Positions 1 to 8,600 of a DNA stretch of 24,581 bases are shown in pieces (position 1 is the first letter of the stretch; each line of letters starts with the position of its first letter). The translations under genes were made by a program, and so were the position numbers. The notes under the pieces were generated by a model. The model saw nothing but the letters and a program-made list of their open reading frames with translations. It was not told where the DNA came from and ran no database searches. This stretch comes from Verrucomicrobiales bacterium (lineage in GTDB: Bacteria > Verrucomicrobiota > Verrucomicrobiia > Verrucomicrobiales > SLCJ01), in NCBI GenBank assembly GCA_046075565.1, contig JBJTQJ010000029.1, positions 1 through 24,581 on the forward strand. Direction: 5' to 3'.

Positions 1-974
1 CCGGGTTCGGGCGCAGGGGCGATCTCGGCGGGGAGCGGTGCGCCGGCGCGGGCACAGGCGGCCTGAAAGAGTGGTTGGACGAGCGCGACCCATGCGGCAT
101 CGCCTTCGTTGCCCGGACGTGGATTGCGCAAGCGCCGGGCGAAGTCATTGAGGTAAGGATGTTTCGTTTGTCCGGCAGCGAGCAGGAGTGCGACGGGATG
201 CACACCGGCGAAGGCATGGGGCAGCCCATGGCGGGTGGCTCGCATGGCATGGAAGGGCAGGAGCAGGCTGATGATGGCTTCACCCCAGAAGGCACCTTTT
301 GCTTTCGGAAAGATTCGGCCACCAACGACAACCATCAGAACCTGGATGGTCAGAAGCACGGTCAATGTCCACAATCCGAAGAGGGCGGTTTCCTTTCCAC
401 CAACCTTAAAAAACAGAAAGGGCAATACACCGAAAAAGGCGATGGTGAGCAAAGGGCAGAGCCAGAGGAATGGGCCGCAGAAAAGCCTCCACTTTTTCAA
501 AGCGGCACGGGCGCGAGGCAGGGAAAAGGATCGCTCCCATGCGCGTTGGATGGCGGCGGTGCCATCGTTGGCGGCATCGGCTTTGAGGTCGGCGAGAAAG
601 GGGTCGGACTCCGCTGCGGAGAGGAGGGGCACTTTTTGGCCGGACATGACGAGGTCGAGGTGATCCCGGTGGCATTTGGCCCGGTCGAACTTGCCCAGCG
701 TCTTCCATTGGTCATTGCCGAGGTCGAGCCAGACGCGGCCATCCGCGCGTAAAATCAGGGGAAACGGCGTGGCGACGTGGAAACCGGAGTCGGCGAGCAG
801 CGGCCAAGAAAAGACGGCTCCACGGTCGCGCAGCACGAGCACGGAACGCGGGTCGAGCGAGCGCCAACCTTTGCGGCGGGCGCGGAATCCCCTGCCCCGG
901 ACGGGGATCCAGAGGATCAGTTCCCACGCATAGAGCAGGACCGCGACGACGAGAAACTGGTATTCGGCGGGCAT
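1..974 (-). CDS. Hypothetical multi-pass membrane protein, 3' end outside the window
   Basis: Hand translation from the ATG at 974 (MPAEYQFLVVAVLLYAWELILWIPVRG...FCGPFLWLCPLLTIAFFGVLPFLFF...) is open to base 1. It has several hydrophobic segments and starts 19 nt after the DUF2167 stop. It is missing from the ORF track because no stop lies in the window. Confidence 0.85.
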   Translation of the reverse strand, partial: MPAEYQFLVVAVLLYAWELILWIPVRGRGFRARRKGWRSLDPRSVLVLRDRGAVFSWPLLADSGFHVATPFPLILRADGRVWLDLGNDQWKTLGKFDRAKCHRDHLDLVMSGQKVPLLSAAESDPFLADLKADAANDGTAAIQRAWERSFSLPRARAALKKWRLFCGPFLWLCPLLTIAFFGVLPFLFFKVGGKETALFGLWTLTVLLTIQVLMVVVGGRIFPKAKGAFWGEAIISLLLPFHAMRATRHGLPHAFAGVHPVALLLAAGQTKHPYLNDFARRLRNPRPGNEGDAAWVALVQPLFQAACARAGAPLPAEIAPAPEP

Positions 975-993
975 CGCGGGGCACCTGACGGCA

Positions 994-1878
994 TCAGGCG
1001 GCCGACTTGCCGCCGAACAGCCGCTTGATGAAGACCCCGATGATGAGCAGGCCGCCGATGATTGGCTTGATCAGTTTGCTGAGGAGTCCGCTCTTGGCGG
1101 CGGCGAGCAGACCGCCACCGATGATGAGGCCGGTGAGGCCGTATTGGGCGATTTTGTCGCCTTTTTTGTATTCAGCGTAGGTGTTGCCGGGGTTGAAGGC
1201 AAATCCCTTGATCAGGTCCTGGAACTGCGGCAGCACGGTGTCGAGTTCTTTTTCATCGCAGACGAGCACGACGTCCATGACGCCTTTTCGGCCGAGCAGT
1301 TTGGTTTTGTAGTTCAGGGTCTGGCCACCCGAGGCGGTGCGGAGAATGATGGCCCATTCGAGGTTGTTGGTGGCGGGATTGTAGAATGGCGGCGTCTTCC
1401 AACCGACCACTTCGAGGGTTTCCATGCCGCGGCGGGACAATTCCTTGTTCGCCTCCTTCTGCCCTTCCTGCATTTGCTTGAGAATCTCGTTGGCGTCGAG
1501 TTTGTCTTTCTCGTCGTCCTTCACGTAGCCGACTTCATCGAATTCGAAGACGGCGAACCAAGAGTGGTTTTGCGGAGCGAGGTAGCCGCCTTCCTGACCC
1601 GAGGTCAGGTTGCCGTAAAGTTCCATCATCTTGATGGTTCCCTCCCGGCCGGTGAAAGTGAATCCACTCGGGACGCTGATGGTGGCCATGCCACCGATGT
1701 CGCCCTGGCCATCGTTTTTCCAGTCGAGGCCGGCAATGGCTTTTTGGAATTGGCTTTGTGCCTCGGAAACCGGACCGGCTTCAGGGGCGGCGGGGCTGGA
1801 TTCCTGGGCGGTCGTGATGGCAGCGCAGGAAAACACGAGTGCGGGAACGGCGGCGAGGAGAGAAGAGCGGAATTTCAT
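994..1878 (-). CDS. DUF2167 family membrane-anchored protein
   Basis: N-terminal signal peptide; family-typical motifs GYVKDDE, W..PPFY, NLEWA, LNY...LGRKG, F..G..Y..Y..GDKIA.YGL..LI.GG; C-terminal hydrophobic anchor. Confidence 0.9.
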   Translation of the reverse strand: MKFRSSLLAAVPALVFSCAAITTAQESSPAAPEAGPVSEAQSQFQKAIAGLDWKNDGQGDIGGMATISVPSGFTFTGREGTIKMMELYGNLTSGQEGGYLAPQNHSWFAVFEFDEVGYVKDDEKDKLDANEILKQMQEGQKEANKELSRRGMETLEVVGWKTPPFYNPATNNLEWAIILRTASGGQTLNYKTKLLGRKGVMDVVLVCDEKELDTVLPQFQDLIKGFAFNPGNTYAEYKKGDKIAQYGLTGLIIGGGLLAAAKSGLLSKLIKPIIGGLLIIGVFIKRLFGGKSAA

Positions 1879-2010
1879 AAGAGCAAGGTGGTTGGGGAAG
1901 AATCAACCCGCGAACATGCATGCCCCGGTGCGAAATGCAATCAAAAGACCGGGCCGAGCGGGGCGCTGCGGGGAATCCGGATGGTCCGGGGTTTTGGTGT
2001 TGTGCGTCCT

Positions 2011-2111
2011 CTTCCCGGAAGCAGCCGCATTCACCCTGCCGACGAGGACCCGGCCTTCGCCGGAGGCTCCGGCGGGCAGGCTGTCGGCGTTCCCAGGCTC
2101 GGTCCGGGAAG
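2011..2111. repeat. Nested inverted-repeat (REP-like) element
   Basis: CTTCCCGGA 2011-2019 / TCCGGGAAG 2103-2111; GCCGAC 2038-2043 / GTCGGC 2083-2088; inner CGCCGGA-GGC-TCCGGCG 2058-2074. Confidence 0.5.
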
Positions 2112-2232
2112 TCGGGGGTCGACGCGTGGGGATGGGATCACGCGCCGCCTTGCTTTCCCCTTTGCGCTTGGCGGGGCCTGCGTATGTTAGGGTCGCGGTT
2201 GCTAGGACCGCCGAGAGAGATCATCACCCCAC

Positions 2233-4404
2233 ATGTCCCCCGCCCCCGCAGCGCCCGACACGACATCCGAAACACCCGCTTTCTGCCGGCCGCCGCGTCA
2301 GCCGACGAGCGGGCCGGTGAAAATCCTCTTCCGCCTGATCTTTTTCGGAAGCGCGCTGGCCCTGGCCTCCGGAGCGACACTGGTCTTCGCCGATTTGTTA
2401 TGGCGCACTTATGGCACCTTCAGCGGAGCGATGATTCTGCTGGTGATTTTGTTCGGGGCTTTATTCGGGTTGGTTTCGCTGGGCTTCGTGCACGCGTTTT
2501 TCGGATTCCTCGCCCTCCCCTTCCGCAGGGTGAAATCGATCAATATCGCGGCGCGCCTGACCAAGGCGGATCTGCAGGCTCCCTTTGACCGCACGGCCAT
2601 CGTTTTTCCGGTTTACAACGAGGAGGTCGAGCGGGTTTACGCCGGATTGCGGGCGGTTTACCAATCATTGCAGCGGGCCGGGCGTCTGGAGGACTTCGAG
2701 TTTTACATCCTCAGCGACTCAACCAACAGCGATAACTGGGTGCGGGAGGAATTCGCTTGGTCGGAACTTTGCCGCGAACTGGATGGGTTCGGGAAAATCT
2801 TCTACCGCAAGCGTGTGCTCAATACCAATAAAAAGGCGGGCAACATCGCGGACTTCTGCCGGACCTGGGGCGGACGCTACACCTACATGATCGTGATGGA
2901 CGCCGACAGCGTGATGGAAGGCGATGATGTGATCCGGTTGGCCGCGCTCATGCAAAAACACCCGCAAGTCGGGCTCCTGCAAACCGCCCCGCGAGTGGTG
3001 AATGGCGATTCGATCTTCGGGCGCATGCAACAGTTCGCGAACCGGCTCTACGGTCCGATGTTCACGGCAGGCCTGAACCTCTGGCAGCAGTCCGAAGGAA
3101 ACTACTGGGGCCACAACGCGATCATCCGCGTGCAACCGTTCACCGACTGGTGCGACCTGCCGGATCTACCGGGCAAGGAGCCGTTCGGCGGGAAGATCCT
3201 CAGTCACGACTTCGTGGAAGCAGCGTTGATGCGCAAGGCGGGCTGGGAAGTGTGGTTGGCCTGGGATCTGGACGGCACCTACGAAGAGGGCCCGCAATCG
3301 ATCCTCGAAAGCGCGCAACGCGACCGGCGCTGGTTGCAGGGCAATCTGCAGCACACCTGGCTGCTTTTCGCACGCGGGCTGCATCCGGCGAACAAGGTCC
3401 ATTTGTTCATGGGCATCATGGGTTACTTGGCTTCGCCGCTCTGGTTCGCATTCCTGCTGGTCGGGACGCTGGTGATTTACCAGCACAAGGCGAGCGGGCT
3501 GTCGGTTTTCCCGGCGGACGGGTTGTTCTCGCGGTGGTTTCCGGAGATGGACCTGAAGATGCAGGGGCTGGCTCTCTTTTTCGGCACGATGGGGATATTG
3601 TTTTCCCCGAAAGTTTTCGCACTGATCCAAGCCGTCTTCGCGCCGCGGTTCCGCAAGGGCCTTGGTGGATTGGCCGCCATCGCAACGGGCATGGTGCTGG
3701 AGACGATCTTCTCGACGCTCATCGCACCGGTCTTCATGCTTTTCCACTCCAAGTTCCTGCTCTGGATGGTGCTGGGGCGGGCGGTCAACTGGAGCACACA
3801 GGTGCGCGGAGCCGTGGGCACGGGTTGGAAACAAGCAGCCTTGACCCACCTCGGACACACCCTCGTCGGCGTGGTATGGCTGGGGCTGTGCGCGTGGATC
3901 GACATCGGTTTGTTATTGTGGATGACCCCGGTTCTGGCAGGGATGATTCTTTCGATTCCCGTGTCGGTGTGGTCGTCGCGTCCCGGACCGGGACATTTCC
4001 TGCGCCGGATCCGCCTGCTTTTGACCCCCGATGAGACACGGCGCCCGCGCGAATTGATCGAGATCGACGACAGAGTCGAGGCCCGGGCCACGGTGAAAGC
4101 CTCGCGTCCGCGCTTCGACAACCACGAGGGCATCACGCGCGCCGTGATCGATCCTTACGCGAATGCCGTGCACGTCTCGCTGCTCGATGCGAAAATGGCC
4201 GGACCGGAACATGAGGAAAACCTGGCCTTGGCCGAACGTCTCGTGCTCGAAGGACCGTCCAGCCTGAGCGCGACGGAAATCCGCCGGCTGCTCTATGATG
4301 CGGAGGTCATCCTGGCCCTGCATCGGCGGGTTTGGACAACCCCGGATGCCGAACTGGCCTCCTGGTGGTCGAGGGCCATCGCCCAATACCGCAGGGCGGC
4401 GTGA
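2233..4404 (+). CDS. opgH: Osmoregulated periplasmic glucan biosynthesis glucosyltransferase (GT2) OpgH/MdoH
   Basis: Signature motifs PVYNE, ILSDS, KAGNIADFCRTWG, MDADSVM, NYWGHNAIIR, LSHDFVEAALMR, RDRRWLQGNLQH; two N-terminal and several C-terminal TM helices. Confidence 0.95.
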   Translation: MSPAPAAPDTTSETPAFCRPPRQPTSGPVKILFRLIFFGSALALASGATLVFADLLWRTYGTFSGAMILLVILFGALFGLVSLGFVHAFFGFLALPFRRVKSINIAARLTKADLQAPFDRTAIVFPVYNEEVERVYAGLRAVYQSLQRAGRLEDFEFYILSDSTNSDNWVREEFAWSELCRELDGFGKIFYRKRVLNTNKKAGNIADFCRTWGGRYTYMIVMDADSVMEGDDVIRLAALMQKHPQVGLLQTAPRVVNGDSIFGRMQQFANRLYGPMFTAGLNLWQQSEGNYWGHNAIIRVQPFTDWCDLPDLPGKEPFGGKILSHDFVEAALMRKAGWEVWLAWDLDGTYEEGPQSILESAQRDRRWLQGNLQHTWLLFARGLHPANKVHLFMGIMGYLASPLWFAFLLVGTLVIYQHKASGLSVFPADGLFSRWFPEMDLKMQGLALFFGTMGILFSPKVFALIQAVFAPRFRKGLGGLAAIATGMVLETIFSTLIAPVFMLFHSKFLLWMVLGRAVNWSTQVRGAVGTGWKQAALTHLGHTLVGVVWLGLCAWIDIGLLLWMTPVLAGMILSIPVSVWSSRPGPGHFLRRIRLLLTPDETRRPRELIEIDDRVEARATVKASRPRFDNHEGITRAVIDPYANAVHVSLLDAKMAGPEHEENLALAERLVLEGPSSLSATEIRRLLYDAEVILALHRRVWTTPDAELASWWSRAIAQYRRAA

Positions 4405-4480
4405 AGGGGCGGGACTGCTGTCCGGGTGAGGAGTGCAGAGACAGAAGACAGAAGAACCTGCACCCCGAGCAAAGCGCGAT

Positions 4481-5068
4481 TCATCTAATGCGGCGCTGCG
4501 TCGAAAAAAGCGCCGGCCGCCGGAGAATACGGCGCCGCAAAGCGGGCAAGACCGGTCCGCTGGCGACGAGGAAGTCGCGGGGGTCCGGCCAGATTTCTTT
4601 CTGCCAACCCGCCCGCCAGCACAGGTAGAACCAGAAGTTGACCGCCTCCTGCCGGGGAAAAGAAAACGCGGCCAAGGCGACGGCGACAACGGTTTCCGCG
4701 GGGCGAAGTTCGCCCGCATCCCGCACGCGGGAAACCCATCGCGCCAAGGGCCGGGGGTGTGGAGTGGATGCGAGCCAATCGAGGAGCAATCCGACATCAA
4801 TGGGCGCGTCGGCAGTCGTTGGAACATCAGAGGTCGCGTTGGCCAGTTCGAGGAAATGGCCACGGGAGGCGAGCTGATGCGCGGTGGCGACCCGTTGGCC
4901 TTGCTCGCGGGCTTCGGCCCCATTCAGCCAGAACATCCAGGGCGAGCGATTCGCCAGCGGGGCGGGCTCCGGAAGACGGCCGGCGACCCGGAAGATCAGG
5001 TGAGCGCGATGCAGGGAATCCGCAGCGGCGGTCAGATCAGCAGGCAAAAGCGACCGGGATTTCGACAT
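4481..5068 (-). CDS. Hypothetical protein (helical; at most a weak UreF-like resemblance)
   Basis: 195-aa ORF filling the gap between opgH and the SH3 gene, co-oriented 30 nt downstream of the latter; globular-protein composition with aromatics. No firm motif. Confidence 0.65.
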   Translation of the reverse strand: MSKSRSLLPADLTAAADSLHRAHLIFRVAGRLPEPAPLANRSPWMFWLNGAEAREQGQRVATAHQLASRGHFLELANATSDVPTTADAPIDVGLLLDWLASTPHPRPLARWVSRVRDAGELRPAETVVAVALAAFSFPRQEAVNFWFYLCWRAGWQKEIWPDPRDFLVASGPVLPALRRRILRRPALFSTQRRIR

Positions 5069-5098
5069 AAAAGGAATTCTCCGGATTCGAGGGTGGGT

Positions 5099-5446
5099 TC
5101 ATGCGGGATCCAAGACGTAGCCGGGTAGCCAGCCTTCTTCTCCCCGCGGACCGCGTGCCCAATGCCAGCCGTCCACCTCCATGAGGGAAACGATTTTTTC
5201 TCCCTGGCGCACGCTCAGATCGGTGGCATCGAATTTTTCGATAACCACAGCCGAGCCGTCTGCCTCCGCACGGAGGCGGTTGGCCGGGATGTAGGTGAAC
5301 CGCCCGTCATCGGCCACCACGGCAATCCATCCGGTCCACACCCGATCCGTTGGCCCGACTTTCAGCCGCATGCCGGGCTCGAGCACGAGCGGGCTGCGGT
5401 CGATGACGATGTAATCGGCATTGGCGATGAAGATGGGCGCGGGCAT
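5099..5446 (-). CDS. Small tandem SH3-domain protein
   Basis: Two SH3-like units: ANADY...LVLEPGMRLKV...WTGW...GRFTYIP and IEKFDATDLSVRQGEKI...DGWHWARGPRGEEGWLPGYVL. The ATG at 5446 is preferred over the TTG start at 5461. Confidence 0.85.
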   Translation of the reverse strand: MPAPIFIANADYIVIDRSPLVLEPGMRLKVGPTDRVWTGWIAVVADDGRFTYIPANRLRAEADGSAVVIEKFDATDLSVRQGEKIVSLMEVDGWHWARGPRGEEGWLPGYVLDPA

Positions 5447-5453
5447 GGCGCGA

Positions 5454-5481
5454 AAGGTCAACCGCCGGACCCGCTTGTCAA
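5454..5481 (-). promoter_or_regulatory. Putative sigma70-type promoter for the SH3 gene (probably leaderless)
   Basis: Minus strand reads TTGACA-N16-GACCTT-N7-ATG: perfect -35, degenerate -10. Confidence 0.4.
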
Positions 5482-5528
5482 TTCCTGAGTTCGTGCGCAG
5501 AGTCCGAAAAAATCCTTGGAAAATCCGT

Positions 5529-5557
5529 TGTTGAAAACGAAAGAGATCTTTTCAACA
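5529..5557. promoter_or_regulatory. Operator-like perfect inverted repeat
   Basis: TGTTGAAAA-N11-TTTTCAACA in the AT-rich divergent spacer between the SH3 and alpha-2-macroglobulin genes. Confidence 0.5.
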
Positions 5558-5602
5558 TGATGTAATAAATGATAAGGTGGCTTCATGTGTCGCCGCCTAC
5601 TT

Positions 5603-8600
5603 ATGAAATCATTCCGCCTCCCCGTATCGGGCCTGCTTCTATCGTTCACCCTTTGCCTGCAGGCACAACAACCCCCGGCGCCTTCCCTCGAGGCCGCCGC
5701 CCTTCTTGTCAATCAGGAGGAGATGACTCACGAGTTCACGCTTGAGGCCGCGTTTCCCCGCCCGATGGTCGAGGATGCCGCCGTCGGAAAAACCGCCGAC
5801 AGTCCCGCGAAAATCACGCCGGCTTGGGCGGGAAAATGGGTATGGGAAAGCCCGCGGGTGGCGAAATTTGTCCCATCCGAAGCCCCGAAGATGGGCACCA
5901 CCTATGAGGTCGCCATGAAGTCCGGCCTCAAGGATCTTGGCGGAGCGAAGGTGGACGGCGGCAAGGCCGTCAAAGTGAAGTCCCCCGGTTTGCAAATCAC
6001 CAGCGAAAGCCGCCCGATCTATCCGGAAGATCGACCGCCAAACGCGCGCCAGACGCCGACGCTGCTTCTGATGAATGCCCCGGTGTCCAGCGAATCGTTG
6101 CGCAATGCCACCCGTTACGTGGACGCGAATGGCCGCTCCGCCACGGCAACAGCACGTTTCGCTCGCTGGGAAGAACTCTCCACCTCGGCGCGTGCGAATC
6201 TGGTTTTCTCCGACCAAATGGTGCGGCAGCAACCCGCTTTGGCGACCGAGGACATCCCCGAGCGTTCCCTTTCCTCTTCCGTTTCGTGGGCACTGGTCAT
6301 CACACCCGATGCCCCATTGCCAGCCGGTGAAGACTGGGAACTGGCGGTCGATGGCAGCATCAGCGCCGCGGAAAATTCGAAGCTCAAGCTCGGACAAGCC
6401 AGCCGATTCAAGTTCGGCACGATTCTTCCCGGTACGGTGCGTGGCATCGAGCAGTGGGCTCCGGTGGATGGGGAAAATTCCATCACCATCAACTTCGACA
6501 AACGTGTCGAGTTGACTCCGGAAATCGCCGCCAAATTCGTCCGCATCACACCCGCCGTCGAACCCGCTCCCAAAGCCGAAGCCAGCGGGACATCGTTGAC
6601 CCTGACCAGTCCCGGCTTCGCCTTCAATTCCACCTACAAGGTCGAAGTGCTCGAAGGTTTTCCGGCTGCGGACGGACTGCCCATCTCGAACGGACGGGTC
6701 GAGCCGAATCTGGTTTTTGTTCCCAACCGTCCATCCGTGGCCTTGCCATCGACCAACGAAGTCCAGCTCACCAATGGACGGGGCGTTTATCCGATTGATT
6801 ACGTGAACGTGCGGTCGCTGAAGGTGAGAGTTCGGGAAATTCCTTCCGAAGAGCTGCCGAAGGTTCTCCGCAGCTACCAGAACTACACCAATGGCATGGG
6901 CGATGAAGGCGAGGGCCGCCGCTACGGTTTCCCGCTCGCCGCGGAATTGATTCCCGGAACGGAAATTTTCAACGAGACGATCAAATTGGATCCGGTGCCG
7001 GAGATCAACCGCTCCGGCAACTTGGAACTGGAATGGGAAACAATTCTCAAGGGCAAACGCCCCGCCGCGCTGTTCGTGCAAGTGGAAGGTCTGCGGCCAA
7101 TCGGTCGTGATGATGGCGGCGTGGCGCTTGGCCAGTCGGTCGTCCAGATCAGCGACCTCGGCTTGGCGTGGAAAAACGGAGACGAAGACATGCTTGTTTA
7201 TGCCTTTTCCCACACTACCGGCGCACCGGTGCCCGACACGGAATTGAGCATCCACAATCGCGATGGAAATGTCGTCCACTCCGCGCGCACGGACAAAGAA
7301 GGCCTCGCCCGATTCCCCAAGCCGGCCGATGCCGACTACATCCGGGCCCGCAATGGAAAAGACAGTCATGCCACCCTGCTGCAACTCGATGACCCGAACT
7401 ATTCGCCATGGCGTCTGGGTGCCAGCTACTACGACTGGCGGCAACTCAAAGAAGACAAACGCGGAGCTCTGATTTTCACCGACCGTGGCGTCTATCGTCC
7501 GGGTGAGACGGTCCATGTGGCCGGCTTGGTGCGCGATTTCAAAGTGAGCCTGCCCCTGATCGCGGAGGAGAAAACAGCCACCCTCAAATTGCTCGACGAC
7601 AACAATCGTGTTTTCCATGAAGAAGAAATCACCTTGGGCAGTTGCGGGCAATTCGGCGCGTCCGTGAAACTCCCCGAAGCAAGCGTGGGCTACTATCACG
7701 CCAGCATCACGCTGCCGATGCGCAAGGTAGCGGCGAAATCCGAGTCCGAGGATGAAGGATCCGACTCCGGAGATGAGGAAGAAACTGGAGATGAACCGGC
7801 GGTGGATCCAACCCAATCCACGCCGTCCTTCGCGCATTATTTCATGGTGCAGGAGTTCAAACGGAATACTTTCGAACTCTCCATGCCGGTGGCCGATTCG
7901 TTCCTCGCTCCGGCTACCATCGAACTGCCGGTGACCGCCACCTACTACCTCGGGGCGCCGGTTTCCAAAGGCGACCTGCGCTGGTCCGCCCACTTCAGCT
8001 CACAAGGCTTCTATCCCGAGAATTTCCGTGATTTCCTTTTTGCCGACCAACGTGAGTTCGACGGCGGTTACTGGTCCTACTATTATGGATTGGACTATTA
8101 TTATAGCCCGCAACGCTCGACCGCCTACTTGAACGGGGAGATGCAACTCGATGCCGTGGGCGCGGCCAAACTCATCATCGAAGTGCCGGAGGAAAAAGAG
8201 TTCCCCTCCCCCCGCCGGGCCTTCATCACCTCCGAGGTGACGGATGCGAATCAGCAGACCTTGAGCGTGCAGGCCCAGACAATGCTCCACCCGGCTGACT
8301 TCTATCTTGGCATCGGGCGTCCCGGCGAGGTCATCCGCGCCGGTGATAAACTCTCCCTGCCCTTGGTCGCCGTCACGCCGGATGGCAAGAAGGTCCCGCA
8401 ACCGGTGGAAGCCAGCTTGATCATCCAGAAAAAAACCTGGAATACCATCGAAGTGAAACAAGCCGGCGGCGGCATGGTGAAACGCAATGAAGAGAGTATG
8501 GTCGAGACCGCCCGCTCCAGCATCGTCATCACGGAGGGTGCGCGCACCGACCTTTCCTTCGCCGAAACCGGTGAATACCATGTGACCATCGAAGCGAAGG

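Noticed and set aside
75-752. 225-aa plus-strand ORF
   Set aside because: Exact antisense shadow of the minus-strand membrane protein starting at 974.
4435-4455. Short GACAGAA tandem repeat between convergent genes
   Set aside because: Only about two copies; too short to support a repeat family or CRISPR call.
4433-5128. 231-aa plus-strand ORF downstream of opgH
   Set aside because: Low-complexity R/G/P composition, and it overlaps two more plausible minus-strand genes.
5639-7993. 784-aa antisense ORF within A2M, and similar long antisense ORFs in pbpC, oppA and oppB
   Set aside because: Expected stop-poor shadows of GC-rich coding strands; no recognisable motifs.
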